Positions 12,270 to 26,414 are shown, numbered from the whole stretch's first letter. The stretch: 63,464 bases of DNA, filler included, from Octopus bimaculoides (GCF_001194135.2; 5 parts of 5 records of this genome joined end to end with filler, not necessarily neighbours in it), one strand, 5' to 3'. Notes: generated by a model from the sequence alone, not told the origin. Translations and numbers: made by a program.

Positions 12270-12503
12270 AAGGCGGCGAATTGGCAGAAACGTTAGCACG
12301 CCGGGCGAAATGCTTAGCGGTATTTCGTCTGCCGCTACGTTCTGAGTTCAAATTCTGCCGAGGTCGACTTTGCCTTTCATCCTTTCGGGGGTCGATCAAA
12401 TAAGTACCAGTTACGCACTGGGGTCGGTATTATCGACTTAATCTGTTTGCCTGTCCTTGTTTGTCCCCTCTGTGTGTAGCCCCTTGTGGGTAGTAAAGAA
12501 ATA
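12270..12503 (+). mobile_element. Full-length tRNA-derived SINE, family B (Meta-domain-like core) with a Tx1-like tail
   Basis: AAGGCGGCGAATTGGCAGAAACGTTAGC..GAGTTCAAATTC..GCCTTTCATCCTTTCGGGGGTCGAT..AAGTACCAG, then tail TTTGTCCCCTCTGTGTGTAGCCCC. The Meta-domain label is from recollection. Confidence 0.88.
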
Positions 12504-12534
12504 ACACATACACACATATGGTAAATAATGTAAT

Positions 12535-13250
12535 CTTTTCAATTGCATGAATTAAAGTCGGACGGAATGGGATAAACTACCTGCATCAACTTGCTATAAA
12601 AGCAGGTAGTAATTTTTACCTAGTGCTTATTCTTAGTGCAAGTTTTGAAGAGTGCAGTTCAATTTTAACAGTTAGTTTTTTCAAAGCTATAATGGAAGTG
12701 ACAAAGGGGCATATTCAGCATATTTTGCTTTATGAGTTCAATAAAGGCAACAACACAACAGAAAGTATGAGGAATATTAATGCAGTATATGGGGATCGGA
12801 CAATAAGCGTAAGCCAGTCTCAACAGTGGTTCCAGAAATTCTGAGCTGGAAAATACAACCTAGAAGACAAGCCTCATCCTGGAAGATCTGCAGAGCTTGA
12901 CATGTCCTGCAAACCCTGATGGAACGAGATCGCACTGTAACTGTTGAGGAACTTAGCAGAGAAGATTGGATTTGGAAATTCAAAGAGTCGTTCAGGTCAG
13001 TGCTAGAAGAAAAGTGACCATCTTTGGTTTCAAGATGAACTGTGTTCTTCCGTCAGAAGAATGCTCAGTCACATTCACCAAGGATGACATTCCAAAGGCT
13101 GGAGCAGTTTGAATGAGAAACGATGCCCCACCCACCATATTTGCCAGATACTAAACCCCATCTGATTATTATTTATTTTCTGTCTCCGATGAAGAGATAT
13201 AATAAATATCCTGGAAACAGCTGTAAGACCTTCTATTTATAAATGTTCTA
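12535..13250 (+). mobile_element. Internally deleted copy of the same mariner family
   Basis: Same 5' region and ATG (12692, MEVTKGHIQHILLYEF). It jumps from the DNA-binding region to the C-terminal part and contains a PSDYYLF-like motif. Confidence 0.88.
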
Positions 13251-13595
13251 TATTATACACAGCCTTGGTTTTTTATCTCATTACGAAAAGTAAATCCTTN
13301 NNNNNNNNNNNNNNNNNNNNNNNNNNNNNNNNNNNNNNNNNNNNNNNNNNNNNNNNNNNNNNNNNNNNNNNNNNNNNNNNNNNNNNNNNNNNNNNNNNNN
13401 NNNNNNNNNNNNNNNNNNNNNNNNNNNNNNNNNNNNNNNNNNNNNNNNNNNNNNNNNNNNNNNNNNNNNNNNNNNNNNNNNNNNNNNNNNNNNNNNNNNN
13501 NNNNNNNNNNNNNNNNNNNNNNNNNNNNNNNNNNNNNNNNNNNNNNNNNNNNNNNNNNNNNNNNNNNNNNNNNNNNNNNNNNNNNNNNNNNNNNN

Positions 13596-13627
<32 letters not shown>

Positions 13628-14002
13628 CACACACACATATGCATACATCATTTATATGACTTAATATAAATGTAATGGCGAATAATAAATAATCTATACC
13701 ATCAATTAGATTTTTACAAATCTACAGAGTTGACGTAAATTCTCACCTCAGATATTCTTCATTACCATAACACGAATTTAGTAAGATTAAAACTATACTA
13801 TTCTTGTTAAGAGATTCCGCCTGTGGGGATTTCAATGGTTTGGTGTGTATGGCCGTACATATCTCTGCTGAATGTGATTGTCTGTAAAGGTAATTTATTT
13901 TCCAATTATAGCACTGGTAGTTCATTAGATATATATATGTATGAGATGTATGTGTGTGTGAGAGTATGTAATATATATTTATGTGTGCATAAGTGTGTGC
14001 AC

Positions 14003-14034
<32 letters not shown>

Positions 14035-14049
14035 ATATATGTATATATA

Positions 14050-14149
14050 NNNNNNNNNNNNNNNNNNNNNNNNNNNNNNNNNNNNNNNNNNNNTTAATTA
14101 ATTAANNNNNNNNNNNNNNNNNNNNNNNNNNNNNNNNNNNNNNNNNNNN
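14050..14149. other. Artificial scaffold linker
   Basis: 44 N + TTAATTAATTAA + 44 N = 100 bp; identical construct at four places. Confidence 0.95.
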
Positions 14150-17058
14150 AGGGATATAAAAATTTTTTAAATACTTTAGTAAATTTTAAGTTGATTATTA
14201 TTTTTTTTGTTTTTTTTAAATGAATTATAACAAAACTCTTAAATTCTTTAAAATATTCCTCAATATTTATCTTGTAGACTTTTGATCATATTAGTACAAA
14301 AAGGGGCTCAGAATTATACACACAAATGTTGCCATAATTATAACAATTAGAAAGATAGGTTCACTGGAGCAAAGGATTTTAAAGCTGCAGGACATTCTTA
14401 TTAGATTTTACTATAAGTAATATAATTATCATAATTTAAGTAACTGAATATAAACTTTTAAAAAAGATTAAATTAAAATAATTATTTCCTTAAGAGTGTC
14501 CAATTTTGAGATGAAAATCTTAGAGTTTCTCTTTAGAAGATGGACGGTTACGTTTTGTATTAAAGCTGACACAATTGGATCATAAAGTTCACTAGGAAAA
14601 CACTGACACTAGAATTTCCATAAAATGAATTGGTAAATGCTTGAAATGATTTTATGCAAAATAATATAATACAAAACAGGATATTATAAAACAAATACTA
14701 CATGAAATAAATTACTTTGAAAAGTGAGATGAATTTTTACATTTTTACATAACACTTCAAAATAAAACTTCTTAAAAAGTTCTCAAGAGATAAGGAATTT
14801 GGAAATTGGAAGTTTGTATGTATTGCTTTTTCCATTCGTTAGCAGACTGGAAAAGTATTAATTTGTCCTTCCTAAGTGATGGGAAACGATAAAATCTTAT
14901 GTATCAGTTTGAAACCTTTAGGATGTTATTTAGGATGTTAGAAGCTTATTCTAATCTTTGTAATTTACTCTAACGATTTGCTGACTAAATATCAACAAAT
15001 AAAATTTTTAAAATAGCATGTAAAATAACAATAAATAATAAATTAGTTAAAAATTTTTTTTTAATCTTTTAAATTAGAGCTAGCATTTTGTTATTTTTTT
15101 AGATATTTTTTTACAAGTCTTTTCAATAATTTGTTTAAGAAAACTTCAGATCTTAAAATTCTGTCTAGCAAATCATATTACAATGAAATGACAAGACAGT
15201 ATAGCATCCTTATCAGTTCAACATTTTAGAAGTTCAGCTGTTGAGAAAAACAAACAAATGAATATAAAAAGGTACTTCATTACTGTCTCTATTTGGTGTT
15301 GTATCAACAACAGAAATGTATCGAGCAAGATAGAAATGTTAACAGTTAATGTGTGGTAGATGACAGTTTATTAAGACAGTTTAATGTACTTAGAGTAGCA
15401 CCAGATGACACTGGATTTTAAGTTGGCTGTTGTAAACTGACTTTCAATAGCACCACAGTGTTCTGGGATTCTACAGGCATTTATTAATCTCAACAAATTA
15501 GAAATTTGCACGACTGCATATCTCTGAGAACTAAAAAGTAGGATTTAATGAAGTCTTTATAATAAAACAAAACAGGTAAATGTAGTTTCTGTATGTATAA
15601 CAATGTGTAGAAGAGACTTTTCACTGAGACATTTAAGGGTTTAGAATATGCAGCATGGCACTGGAAACTAACTGAAGTTTGTATCAAGAAAATTGTGCAA
15701 ATTGTGGAAAGTTTGAATATTTATTTTTGATTTATTAATTTTAAAAAAAAAGGGAAATAGCTGAACTGGATACAGTATAGTAATTTTTTCAGTGTATTTA
15801 AATTGGTAATGTCTATTGGATGTTAATTAAAGATTTCGAGTGGAAATAATGAATTGCTCTGAAAATAGCGATAACAAGGAAACGGCATATAATTAAGAAG
15901 AGTAGGGGTGGGGAAGAAGTAAACAATCAGGCCTGAGGTTTTATTTGATACACCATTTAACAACATTAAATCAGTGTCGGTTCATGACAAAACTGAATGG
16001 CAAAACAAACATTTAAAAAAAATTTTTCATTTTTACTAAAAAGAGAATAATTTAGAAAATAAAAAAATGCAAAGTACATACTGCACATATCATACTCACA
16101 GACACATACTCTCTCTTTTTCATTCCTTTGTAATGATTCAATCATTTCATCAAAAATTTGCAAGGAGGAAAGTTTAAGAGAAAACTTATAAGGTTCAATC
16201 AACTATGGGTTTATGTTTATATTTTCTTATATAAAACAAATGTTGAGAAGAAGGATTTGGCTCAGCAGAATAAAGTTGAAAACATGAAATGATCATGTTT
16301 TCCAAAGTGGAAATCTTAAAATTTATGAAACAAATGTAATTGAAACCAATTAAATTTTGTATTAAAAGAAGTTATTTAAATGTAATACATAATGTATTTG
16401 TAGTAAAGGAGGACTGAAAAAGGAAAGGAAACTATTTTGACACCTGTTATAGTTAACTATTAACTTATTATTACAGCAATATATTAACTCAAAACAAATA
16501 TTATATTCAACTGCTTTTATATAATATTTATGAATAAATAGTGAATAAGGCAACAGGCATGTGAGTGGAGAAACCTGGTTTGAACCTAATTTCAAGTCAA
16601 TTTGATCGACATTTTGATCAGTAAAGTGAAAATAGCAAAATTTTTCTTTGGCTAAGGACCACATTCACATTAAGGGAATATAAAAATGGGTGGGTTGGGG
16701 GGGNNNNNNNNNNGTTTTTTTTTGTTTTTTTTTTGTACCTGCAAGATTTTAAGTATTAAAATAACTGGATATTTTTCTTTAAATTTCATATCTCAATATA
16801 AATCTTGACTCAACAGTGTCTTTATTATTGACTATATGTCAAAACATTTGGCTGAAGTAATTAGAATTTCCCTGAATATATAAGATTGGAACTAAAGCTA
16901 TATTGAATTGTATTCCAGCCATTAACATAAAACTAGAAGAAATATTTGAATTTAGATGATAACATTTTAATAATCACTTGCAGACTTAGCACATACAGAG
17001 ATATATTCAGAGGCAGTTTAGTTAAGTATAAACATGAATCATTCATGCAAAAAATAAT

Positions 17059-17097
<39 letters not shown>

Positions 17098-17319
17098 TAA
17101 ATTTAATTGAGGTTTAAGAAGTTAACATTTTAACTTCATCAGTTTTTGTTTATTTGTGATAAACTAGTTAATTTGACTCAGCTCCCTTAAATCAGTACAA
17201 ATGGGTTTGTTCAGACTTTATCTTCACTGTATTGAGATTTCACTCACTATACTATTAGTTCCATAATTCAATTAACTCTGTTCAGTAATTCTTTACTCAT
17301 TGTCCACCACACAAATGTC

Positions 17320-17492
17320 TTTTCAAGCTCAGCCTGCTAGAAATAGTGACCGAAAATCCCTCAAATTGCATAAAAAAAAGTCCTAGATAATATCATATAT
17401 GAAATCAGGACAGGATGGTCCTTACTGGAATGCCTTTGATCATAGTTCTGTTCAATTAGAGGTGATCAGGGGTTAAACAATATCAACAACTA
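17320..17492 (+). mobile_element. Interspersed repeat 3' tail ending in a (CAA)-like tract; related copies at ~28300-28420 (+) and ~54060-54270 (-)
   Basis: Shared CTAGAAAT(A)AGC..AAATC..CCT.AAAT and GAATGCCTT..ATC segments. Confidence 0.55.
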
Positions 17493-18964
17493 ATGTCTTC
17501 TCTTGTAAACAACATTTGAAAGTGAAAATATTTTTATTACAGTTGATAATGAGCATAGTTCAGATTACACATTTCTCAGAATATTTTGAATATATGCTAT
17601 GCATTTAATTAGTCACCTGAACTGTCTATTTTCTGTTGAACTTAATGCTATCACAATATTCATAGAGAATCATTGCCATATTTATACACCATTTATATGT
17701 ACAAAACAAAATCAATAACTCTATATTATGAATATAAGCAAAACTTATCATTACACTCACAATAACAGTATTTTGAACTTGTTTATAATAAAAAGAAATC
17801 TTATTTGTAAATAAATAAATATATGCAATGTTTGGACTGCAACTTGCAAAGTTTCTAAATGATATCAGTAAGTTTTTTTTTGACTTTGTATATTTCACAT
17901 GTGCAAAGGATGAACTAGAATTGTTAAAAGTTAATGCTATCAAAACCAGAAATATCCATGTAAACTAGTCTTAAACCAGTATTTTAAGTAATGAGTGAAA
18001 AGACCCACCCAACCCTACAAAAAAAACAAACAAACAAAAAACAATAGTTATGTTATGTTCTACTGATATATGCCTAAGTAGCACCATAGAGCCTGTTCCA
18101 AGCATTACTTTCCACTCACAGCATGCAAACAAACTGCACTTTTGTTTATAAAAGATATTCTTCATAGATTACATTCGCTGTATGTGTGTGTTGCACTTCA
18201 TACTTTTTTTCACAAAACTTTCAGCATAACTTTTCGAATAACCTAGGGTTGACCTCTATCATTGGTTTGTCCCCTTTTGTATAGAATAAATCAATAAAAA
18301 TTTTAAAAGCGAAGAGGTCACCTCTCTTAGAGATTCATATAGAATGCTGGAGAAAATGCTACATCATAAATAATACATTGGCTTGATTTTCTGTTCTTTG
18401 GTAGCCATCTGTTTGAATTAATGTTCTATATGGCAAAAGAGAGAAATGAGATCTGTATCTATTTTATGATCATTGTGGAGTAATGTAATTTGAATAAGAT
18501 ATCCATCCACTTAGTGGTTGATGCTTATACATTAGTTTAAGAATAGATTGTTTTTATACCAACTAACTCAAAGAATCAGAAATATATATATATATATATA
18601 TAATTATTATTAATATTACAAGTATCAAATGAAATATGTGACATTTCATTTGGTTCTTGCAGGAGCATTCATCAATTATTAAATTTATGAAATTTTTATT
18701 TGATTTGACATTTCTAGATATTTTAAAGCAGTAGAATTGTATCAGTGATCATGTTGTAGATGTGTGATAAAATATTTTGATACCTTTGCTCGCACTTTTT
18801 GACACAGAACTAGCAGAAGTTAATGTTGTGCTTATGTATAATTTTAAATGTGTAACAGTTTTAACACAACCCAGATCAAATCACTTGCCAAGCAAGTATA
18901 CCTCAGAAAGCTGTATTAATATTTTCCATGTTAACATTTTTTGAAGAATTTCTAATTCAGTATG

Positions 18965-19339
18965 GTTGGCTCTCCGTCGGTTACGACGACAAGGGTTCCA
19001 GTTGATCCAATCAACGGAACAGCCTGCTCGTGAAATTAACGTGCAAGTGGCTGAGCACCCCACAGACACATGTACCCTTAGCGTAGTTCTTGGGGGAGAT
19101 TCAGCGGGACACAGAGTGTGACAAGACTGGCCCTTTGAAATACAGGCACAACAGAAATGGGAAGATAGAGTGAGAGAAAGTTGTGGTGAAAGAGTACAGC
19201 AGGGTTCGCCACCACCCCCTGCCTGAGCCTCGTGGAGCTTTAGGTGTTTTTGCTCAATAAACACTCACAACGCCCGGTCTGGGAATCGAAACCGCGATCC
19301 TATGACCGCGAGTCCGCTGCCCTAACCACTGGGCCTCCA
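18965..19339 (-). mobile_element. tRNA-derived SINE, family C
   Basis: Minus-strand head ..CAGTGGTTAGGGCAGCGGACTCGCGGTCATAGGATCGCGGTTTCGATTCCCAG. Aligns along its length with 33685-34063. Confidence 0.9.
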
Positions 19340-20640
19340 CTCTAATTCAGTATATGCTTCAGGGAAAAATAAGAAACTGATTTTTAAAAAAATGAAAGAA
19401 AGAACCAGAAAAAATACAATACTGATATCTAAATAGGCCAATTAGAATCATATATAACTTAACATAGAAATGAAATGTAAAAAGACAAGACAGAAAGGTA
19501 ATCATTTTTATCCCATACACTAAATATCTAAATGTTTCATGTTAGTTTCAACCATGACACTTTAGACAGAAGCTATCTTAATAAGTGTAACCCAGCTGGA
19601 TTTGGTAATATCTTGACATTTATTTTTAAATTAGTATTTATGAAGAATTCAGAGTTTCAAGACAGGATTAAAATATTAGACTAATGACCGCATGGTCACA
19701 AGTTGAAATCTTTTTATAATACTGTACTTGTGACACTAAGAATGGCCAGATGACTTTATTTGCTTGACTAACTACTAACAACTTCATTGTAATTAGAACC
19801 TGCTTTGATAATGTGCAAATGTATAATTTGCAATTGTCATCCTATCCATATTAGCATGAATAAATAGTTGTCAAGCAATGAAAATAAAATAAAATTACAA
19901 AACTGCTTTATTCAGAAGCATTGTATCCATCCACAAAATACTATCTACAGTCGAGGCCATAGTTAAAGATTCCTTTAGTTTGACTAGAGCTACCATCAAG
20001 AATTTAAGGTTGAACCTATTTTTTTAGTTATGAACTTCCAATAGCTTATCTGTACAAATATTTAAAGTACAATCATTGCATGTTTAATTAATTCAGGAGG
20101 GGTAAAGGTAAAGCTGGTACTAGCTGAAGTTGAATTCTAAATTGCAAAGCACCATATTGAATGTAGTTAAATATGTAGCCTAGATCTCTATCATTTGTCA
20201 TCTTTACCCAATTTTTAACAATTATAATCTCTTTTGTGACAACAGAAGGCCAATTTTGTAAGTGAGAAGATATAGTTGACTGATTAGCCTCACTATTTTG
20301 TTAGTTTATATTTCATCAAACCTATAGGATTGAAAAGAAAATGTAGCATTAAATGATAAAACAACTCGTCTTCCCTAATACTCCTTTCAATAAGAACTTA
20401 TCCATGACCATGGTCTATCACGCTCGTGTTAATAATCATGGAACCTTTGAGTTACACAACCACACTCATTGTCAGTATCAACTAATTGGAAATTAAGCAA
20501 TTATCTGAAAGTAATTTAAAATTAATTCTTCAGAATTTAGGAGGTTATAATAATTTTTTTTTGTTGTAGGTTTCATATAAAGTTTTTTTCCTTCATATTA
20601 ATAACTTATTACATAATCATTGTTATTATTATTATTATTA

Positions 20641-21050
20641 AGGTGGCAAGCTGGCAGAATCATCAGCACACCAGGCAAAATGCTTAGCAGCTTAGCATTT
20701 TGCCTGGGTTCAAATTCTGCCAATGTTAATTTGCCTTTCATCATTTTGTGGTTGGTAAAATAAGTACTAGTTGAACACTGAGGTCAATGTAATCAACTTA
20801 TCTCCTCCTCCAAAATTGCTGGCCTTGTGCCAAAATTTGAAACCATTATTTTTATTGGATTAGTAGAATCATTAGAGCACTGGTAAAAATGCCTTGTGGT
20901 ATTAGTTCTCTTTCTTTACATATCTCATTTCGAATACTGCCAAGGTTAACTTTTCTTTCCATCCCTATGGGGTTGATAAAATAAAATACCAATCAAATAT
21001 AGGGGTCTAATCATTATTTTAACACCAAATTCCAAGCCTTGTGCCTAATA
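20641..21050 (+). mobile_element. Two tandem diverged SINE family B copies
   Basis: AAGGTGGCAAGCTGGCAGAATC head after (ATT)n. Both copies end in CCTTGTGCC..AA tails. Confidence 0.8.
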
Positions 21051-21369
21051 AACAGTTATCATTATTGATTTTTCTTCTTCCTTCAATCTTGTTTCCATTT
21101 CTTGCTGTCTTCCCAACACCTAGGGCAAAGAAACTCACTGTATACATTGATAGACCATCATCATAATTACGATTACTACTACTACTGCACACAAATATAT
21201 ATACACACATATCCATATATACACATATAAATATACACACATATATGCACACACACACACATATATAAACATATATATATATACACACATATATATATAC
21301 ACACACATATATACATATATATATACATAATATATATATAGATACATATATATAAATATGTATATATTG

Positions 21370-21405
<36 letters not shown>

Positions 21406-21677
21406 NNNNNNNNNNNNNNNNNNNNNNNNNNNNNNNNNNNNNNNNNNNNNNNNNNNNNNNNNNNNNNNNNNNNNNNNNNNNNNNNNNNNNNNNNNNNNNN
21501 NNNNNATGTGGTTGGTAAGCAAGCTACTTACCACACAGCCACTCCTGTGTGCATATATTCTATAATTATATACATAATTATAATTAGGTGTCAGCTAATT
21601 GCTTCACTACATACCGAATTTAGAAATAAGAGTTAAAAATTCCTTTTCTACTAAATTCTTAGTTAAAAATTCCTTTA

Positions 21678-21896
21678 CATCATTATTATCGTCCTTTAGT
21701 TGCAACAGCAAAATTCCTGGGCCACCAGCATTTGCAATGATGTTATATGGTTGTATGTAGCTGTTCATAGTGAATGGAACTGTGGATTGGAACTTCATGG
21801 AAGGAGATTTAATCAACTAGTAATTGTTTTAAGTCCATTTTTTTTTATAGTTCATTTGGGAATGATCAGCCATCAAGAGGTAGCCCTAAATATACC
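21678..21896 (-). pseudogene. Partial duplicate of the FBXO45 terminal exon end (VYLGLPLDG*) plus proximal 3'UTR
   Basis: Aligns by eye with 23593-23846, with a few substitutions and a ~35-bp deletion. It lacks the first ~26 codons and the normal acceptor. Confidence 0.9.
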
Positions 21897-22048
21897 TCCC
21901 AGACAGTAACACACTTTTCTACGTAGGCAAAATTAATTAATTAATTAATTTTACCCTTTTATTATTAACATATGTATATACATATGCATATATATATATA
22001 CATATGTATATACATATCTCTCTATATATATACATATGTATATACTCC

Positions 22049-22080
<32 letters not shown>

Positions 22081-23815
22081 AGTGTACATATAGATGCGTT
22101 TATGTATACAGTATTTATATATGTGTTTATACATACATACACACATAAAATCAATAGTTAATTGGCTAAGCTTTCAGAATTGAACTATACAAAGAGGTAA
22201 GAAGATAAGCTGAGATAGAAAAGATAAATGCATTTTGAAATAAAAATTACAAAACAAGAATACATAAAAATAAGGTATAAATATTTTTTTTTCTTTAATA
22301 TTACTAATTTTCTAGTGCATGTTTTGTATTTTTGTTGTTGCTGTTGTTGCTTTTGTTGTTATTTAAGAAGTTTATAGATTAGTGGTAGATAAAAAGAAAG
22401 ATGGAAAGAATGTGTCACTTGGATGCTTGCTGAAGAGTAATCAGACTTGTGTTGATTGACTGAAGGATTGACAGGGAATGAATATTGATATGAGTGATAT
22501 TACTTTAAAGTTTAATACAGATTTTGAGCAGATAGTTGAAGTAGAAGTCAAAGGGTTATTTGCATCATTTTTTTCTTCTTTTTGCTGTTCTTTTTCTTTC
22601 TTTGTGTGTGTTCATTTTTGCTCTCTAGCAGTTTAAAAATACACGTTAATGCTGAATAGAGGATGGTCATTCAGATCAAAGTCATTTAATGAAAAAGGCA
22701 ACCAGTTAAAAATCTGTGAACATCACACATACATAAATGCACACACACACACACACACAGACACATACACACACACACACACACAAATGCACATGCATGC
22801 TTGCATGCACAAACAAATACACAAACACATGCAGAGACTCTATGCAAATAGGATGAAGACCAGCATTGCATAATTGTTCTATTGAAGAAGACATTTGCAT
22901 GGAATGCAGGAAATGTTGAAATAATGAAACAGTTATAATAGTTATATGAAAGTGAGACCAAAGATAGGTTTATTCAGAGGTCTCTTTAAACCTCTTCTTT
23001 GTTGATCTATTTTTAATAATGAACATTTATTAGTTGTTGACCTTTAAGTAACAAATAGACAGGGTTCTGTGGAATTAAGGTGACAAATTAATTTTCTGAA
23101 TAGAGATAAAGGTTGAGAGATAAAGAGGGAAGAGAGAGAGGGGGGAGAAGGAGAGATTTAGGCCTCCTAGTATTATAATTAGTGTGTCTCCCTAATAAAT
23201 ATTTTGTTGCATTTCTTACGTGTTTTCTTTTTGTGAGTTGGTTAATAAATAAATGGATTGAAAAAAAAAACATGAAATAAAAAAATAGATGTAAATAAAT
23301 TTCTTATAATCATCAAAAACAAAACAAAATTTAACTCATGATGATGACGTTAAATCAGACACACACCCACACTCAGGTTTCTTTTCAACTTTCAGGAATG
23401 AGAAAAAAAAAAGACAAAACAAAATAAAATCTTAAATAAATAAGTAAAAAAAAAAGAGAAAAAAATGGAAATTGTTATGGAAATATCATCGCTTCAAGAA
23501 GTTCAAACAGATTCCTGCTGAGTGGTGGTGAGTGGGAGTAAAAAAAAAAAAAAAAAAAAAAAAAAGAAAAACCAACAACAGAAACTGTGTCTCATCATTA
23601 TTATCGTCCTTTAGTTCCAACAGCAAAATTCCTGGGCCACCAGCATTTGCAATGATGTTATATGGTTGTATGTAGCTGTTCATAGTGAATGGAACTAATG
23701 TAGACATCATATTGCACCAGAGCTGCCAAGTGTGGACTGGAACTTCATGGAAGGAGATTTAATCAACTAGTAATTGTTTTAAGTCCATTTTTATTTATAG
23801 TTCATTTGGGAATGG

Positions 23816-23925
23816 TCAGCCATCAAGAGGTGGCCCTAAATATACCATAGATACTTCTGTTTTACCATATACAGCAGAAACTGCAGGATATAGGGGAGTA
23901 TTTGGCAGGCCACGGAAAGCAACAC
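23816..23925 (-). CDS. FBXO45: FBXO45/Fsn terminal coding exon
   Basis: Acceptor TTATTTTGCTTTCAG|GTGTT, phase 1, in frame with the 30016 donor. It encodes (G)[35 protein letters not shown], matching the FBXO45 C-terminus [30 protein letters not shown]. Confidence 0.96.
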
Positions 23926-26414
23926 CTGAAAGCAAAATAAAAAAAATTTCAATAACAGCCTATATATATATATAAATAATAATAAAGGAGTTACAATATA
24001 TATATATATATATATCACATATACACATGTGAAAGAGTGAGAAAGAGAGATCAAGGCACAGCTTTTCATTCATGCATGTTTGGTTAAAGAAAATATCTGT
24101 GGATCAGTTTAATATTGGGGCAGGTATAGTCTGGAACACTATGTTTAATTTGGTAGTGGGTACTAAAATGACACACTGTTCAAGGTTATTTAAAACAGTA
24201 GGTTGTGATTTTAGGGACGTCTGGCAACTACTTTTAGTAATATCTTTACTTCATAGATGGTAGGTTGTTGTTGTATAGCCCCCAGGTGGTATGCATATAG
24301 TTGACTGTATGACTAGGCACTACCCACAAATTTGTTTTAACAGTGTTATACAATGTCTCCTGTGAGTCTGAAGACCATATTCCATACTTTGATATGCAGT
24401 GATGAATCACGTGAGGTATTGTGTGACAGCCTGAAAATGTTACACTTATTTCACAATTTAGTAAATTTTTGTATGCCCACAGATTCCCTTGGTAGTCACA
24501 ACAGCGATGAGCAAAGGAAGTAAACAATACTTGCTGTTGTCCACTTCAGAGCACAACAGTTGCTATTCCTCTGTAATTAGTCTGTTCCATGCAGAATCAT
24601 GGCTGTTGTCATATTCTGATGACATCTGTGTGTGGAAGAAATATTTCTCTCATCACTAAACCAGCATTCAAGCCATGGTTAACCAGTTTTCTTTTCTGAT
24701 TTACTATACTGAAAATTACTTAATCTCATATATTCAAGCATGTTTAAGAGCTGGCTGCAGCTTTGCAGGCCAAGTGATTGTGTGGAGTCTCCTTTATTGG
24801 CATGAACAGAAGCTTATATTATGGGTTGATTATAGTGTGGTAATTGGATGGATTAAGAAGAGTTGATTGACAGCTAGTGAGAAGTGGTTAGTTGTAATGT
24901 AGTAAGTTTTGGTCTTATGGCAACCAGATAACATTTTAGCCATTAGTACAAATCAGAGACAAGTAATCTCTCAAACCAATTTGGTTATATAAACAGAATA
25001 CAAGCTAGTTCATCCTCCTTCTTTCTACTAACAAGACATCAACCACAGGAAGCAAAAGTTTCTCTTGGCATGAAATTCTTATTGTAGCTAGTCTCAAATA
25101 ACAATAGACATTTAAGCTGAATGAGAAATCAAATTGCTATGTCTCAGCTTTTCATACCATGCATATCATTTTCATTTCTATTTACCTTGCCATGTATGAC
25201 AATCAAAAGGATGTTTAACATTATTCCTACAACAGTGAATTCTACATTTGACTTTACAGACATGACTATATACTCTTTTACTTGTTCCAAACCATGTTAA
25301 AACATTTTCTACAACACATTTAAGCAAACCTTGCTTTTAATTATGTTGTAATTTGAAAGTTGAAGTTTTTTCTTTAATACACTACTGTCCAGTCTGAATC
25401 TATACTTCTCCAGCCTTTGGAAGAACACATACTGCTGGATTACTTTGACTTATACACTTGGTTGAAAGAGGTCTACAAATCTGGTGGCATACAGAAAATA
25501 AAAGAGAACTGTTATAACAGATTTATTGTTATCTCTACCCATCCCAATATTCTATGTTGATGACCCCCCCCCCCCAATTTGATCAAACAGCACAGTTTGT
25601 GTTTACAGGCACATTTTAATGTGATTAGCTATCATGTGTTTACAAGTTGTTCAATATTTTCTACATTTCTCTACATTAGTTACTTTGGCCTATTAACAGC
25701 CTTGTTTCAAATAACAGCTGCAAAATTTTCCAGATTTGCTTTCTAACTTAACTACCATCACCAGGATATCTCAAACAACACCTGTTTTTCAGCCAACTAT
25801 AAGCTTAAACATATTCTCTTCTTAGCCTAATGGCCAGCTTTTTGGTTTCAGAAATTCTCAAGTGACATAATGTCTGATGTTTCACATCTCACTTATACTA
25901 TTGGTTCACTTTGGCCAGAAATGGAGGAATATTTGTTTCATTATGATATCTGATAAGTTATTTCCTCTGTGCAGTAATTGAGATGGCTTACAGTCCCTTA
26001 ACTGTTCTGAAATAGGAAATTGGTGTAACCTCTCATGGTCTGATGGGAAAGTGTTCTCTGAGTTTACTTCAGAATTCTGTTGCTTTCATTTAATAGTGGA
26101 ATAATAAGACCATTCACTTCCTGCATTATTATATGAAAGACAACAACAACGATAACAAATTTTGAAATATAAGTAGGAAAAAAACCCTTCAAATGTACAC
26201 TATCTATGCATGTAAATTATAAACAACAAAATAAAAAATAGTTTAAAAGATATTGTCAAACTTTGAGGGTATTTCCATACAGGCAGTAAAAATGACCATT
26301 GCACCTGTAGCATTAGGTAATGCCTTACCTTGTATGTGCATACAAATACATATGTACATGCTTAGATGTTGTTGGATCTAGCTATGAGTATCATTTGTTA
26401 TTTTTATAATCTAA

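Noticed and set aside
21607-23710. Paired ORFs containing MNSYIQPYNIIANAGGPGILLL.LKDD (21607-21816, 23486-23710) as a duplicated small protein
   Set aside because: They lie in the FBXO45 3'UTR and its duplicate, have no recognisable domain and diverge at both ends; the duplication explains the similarity.
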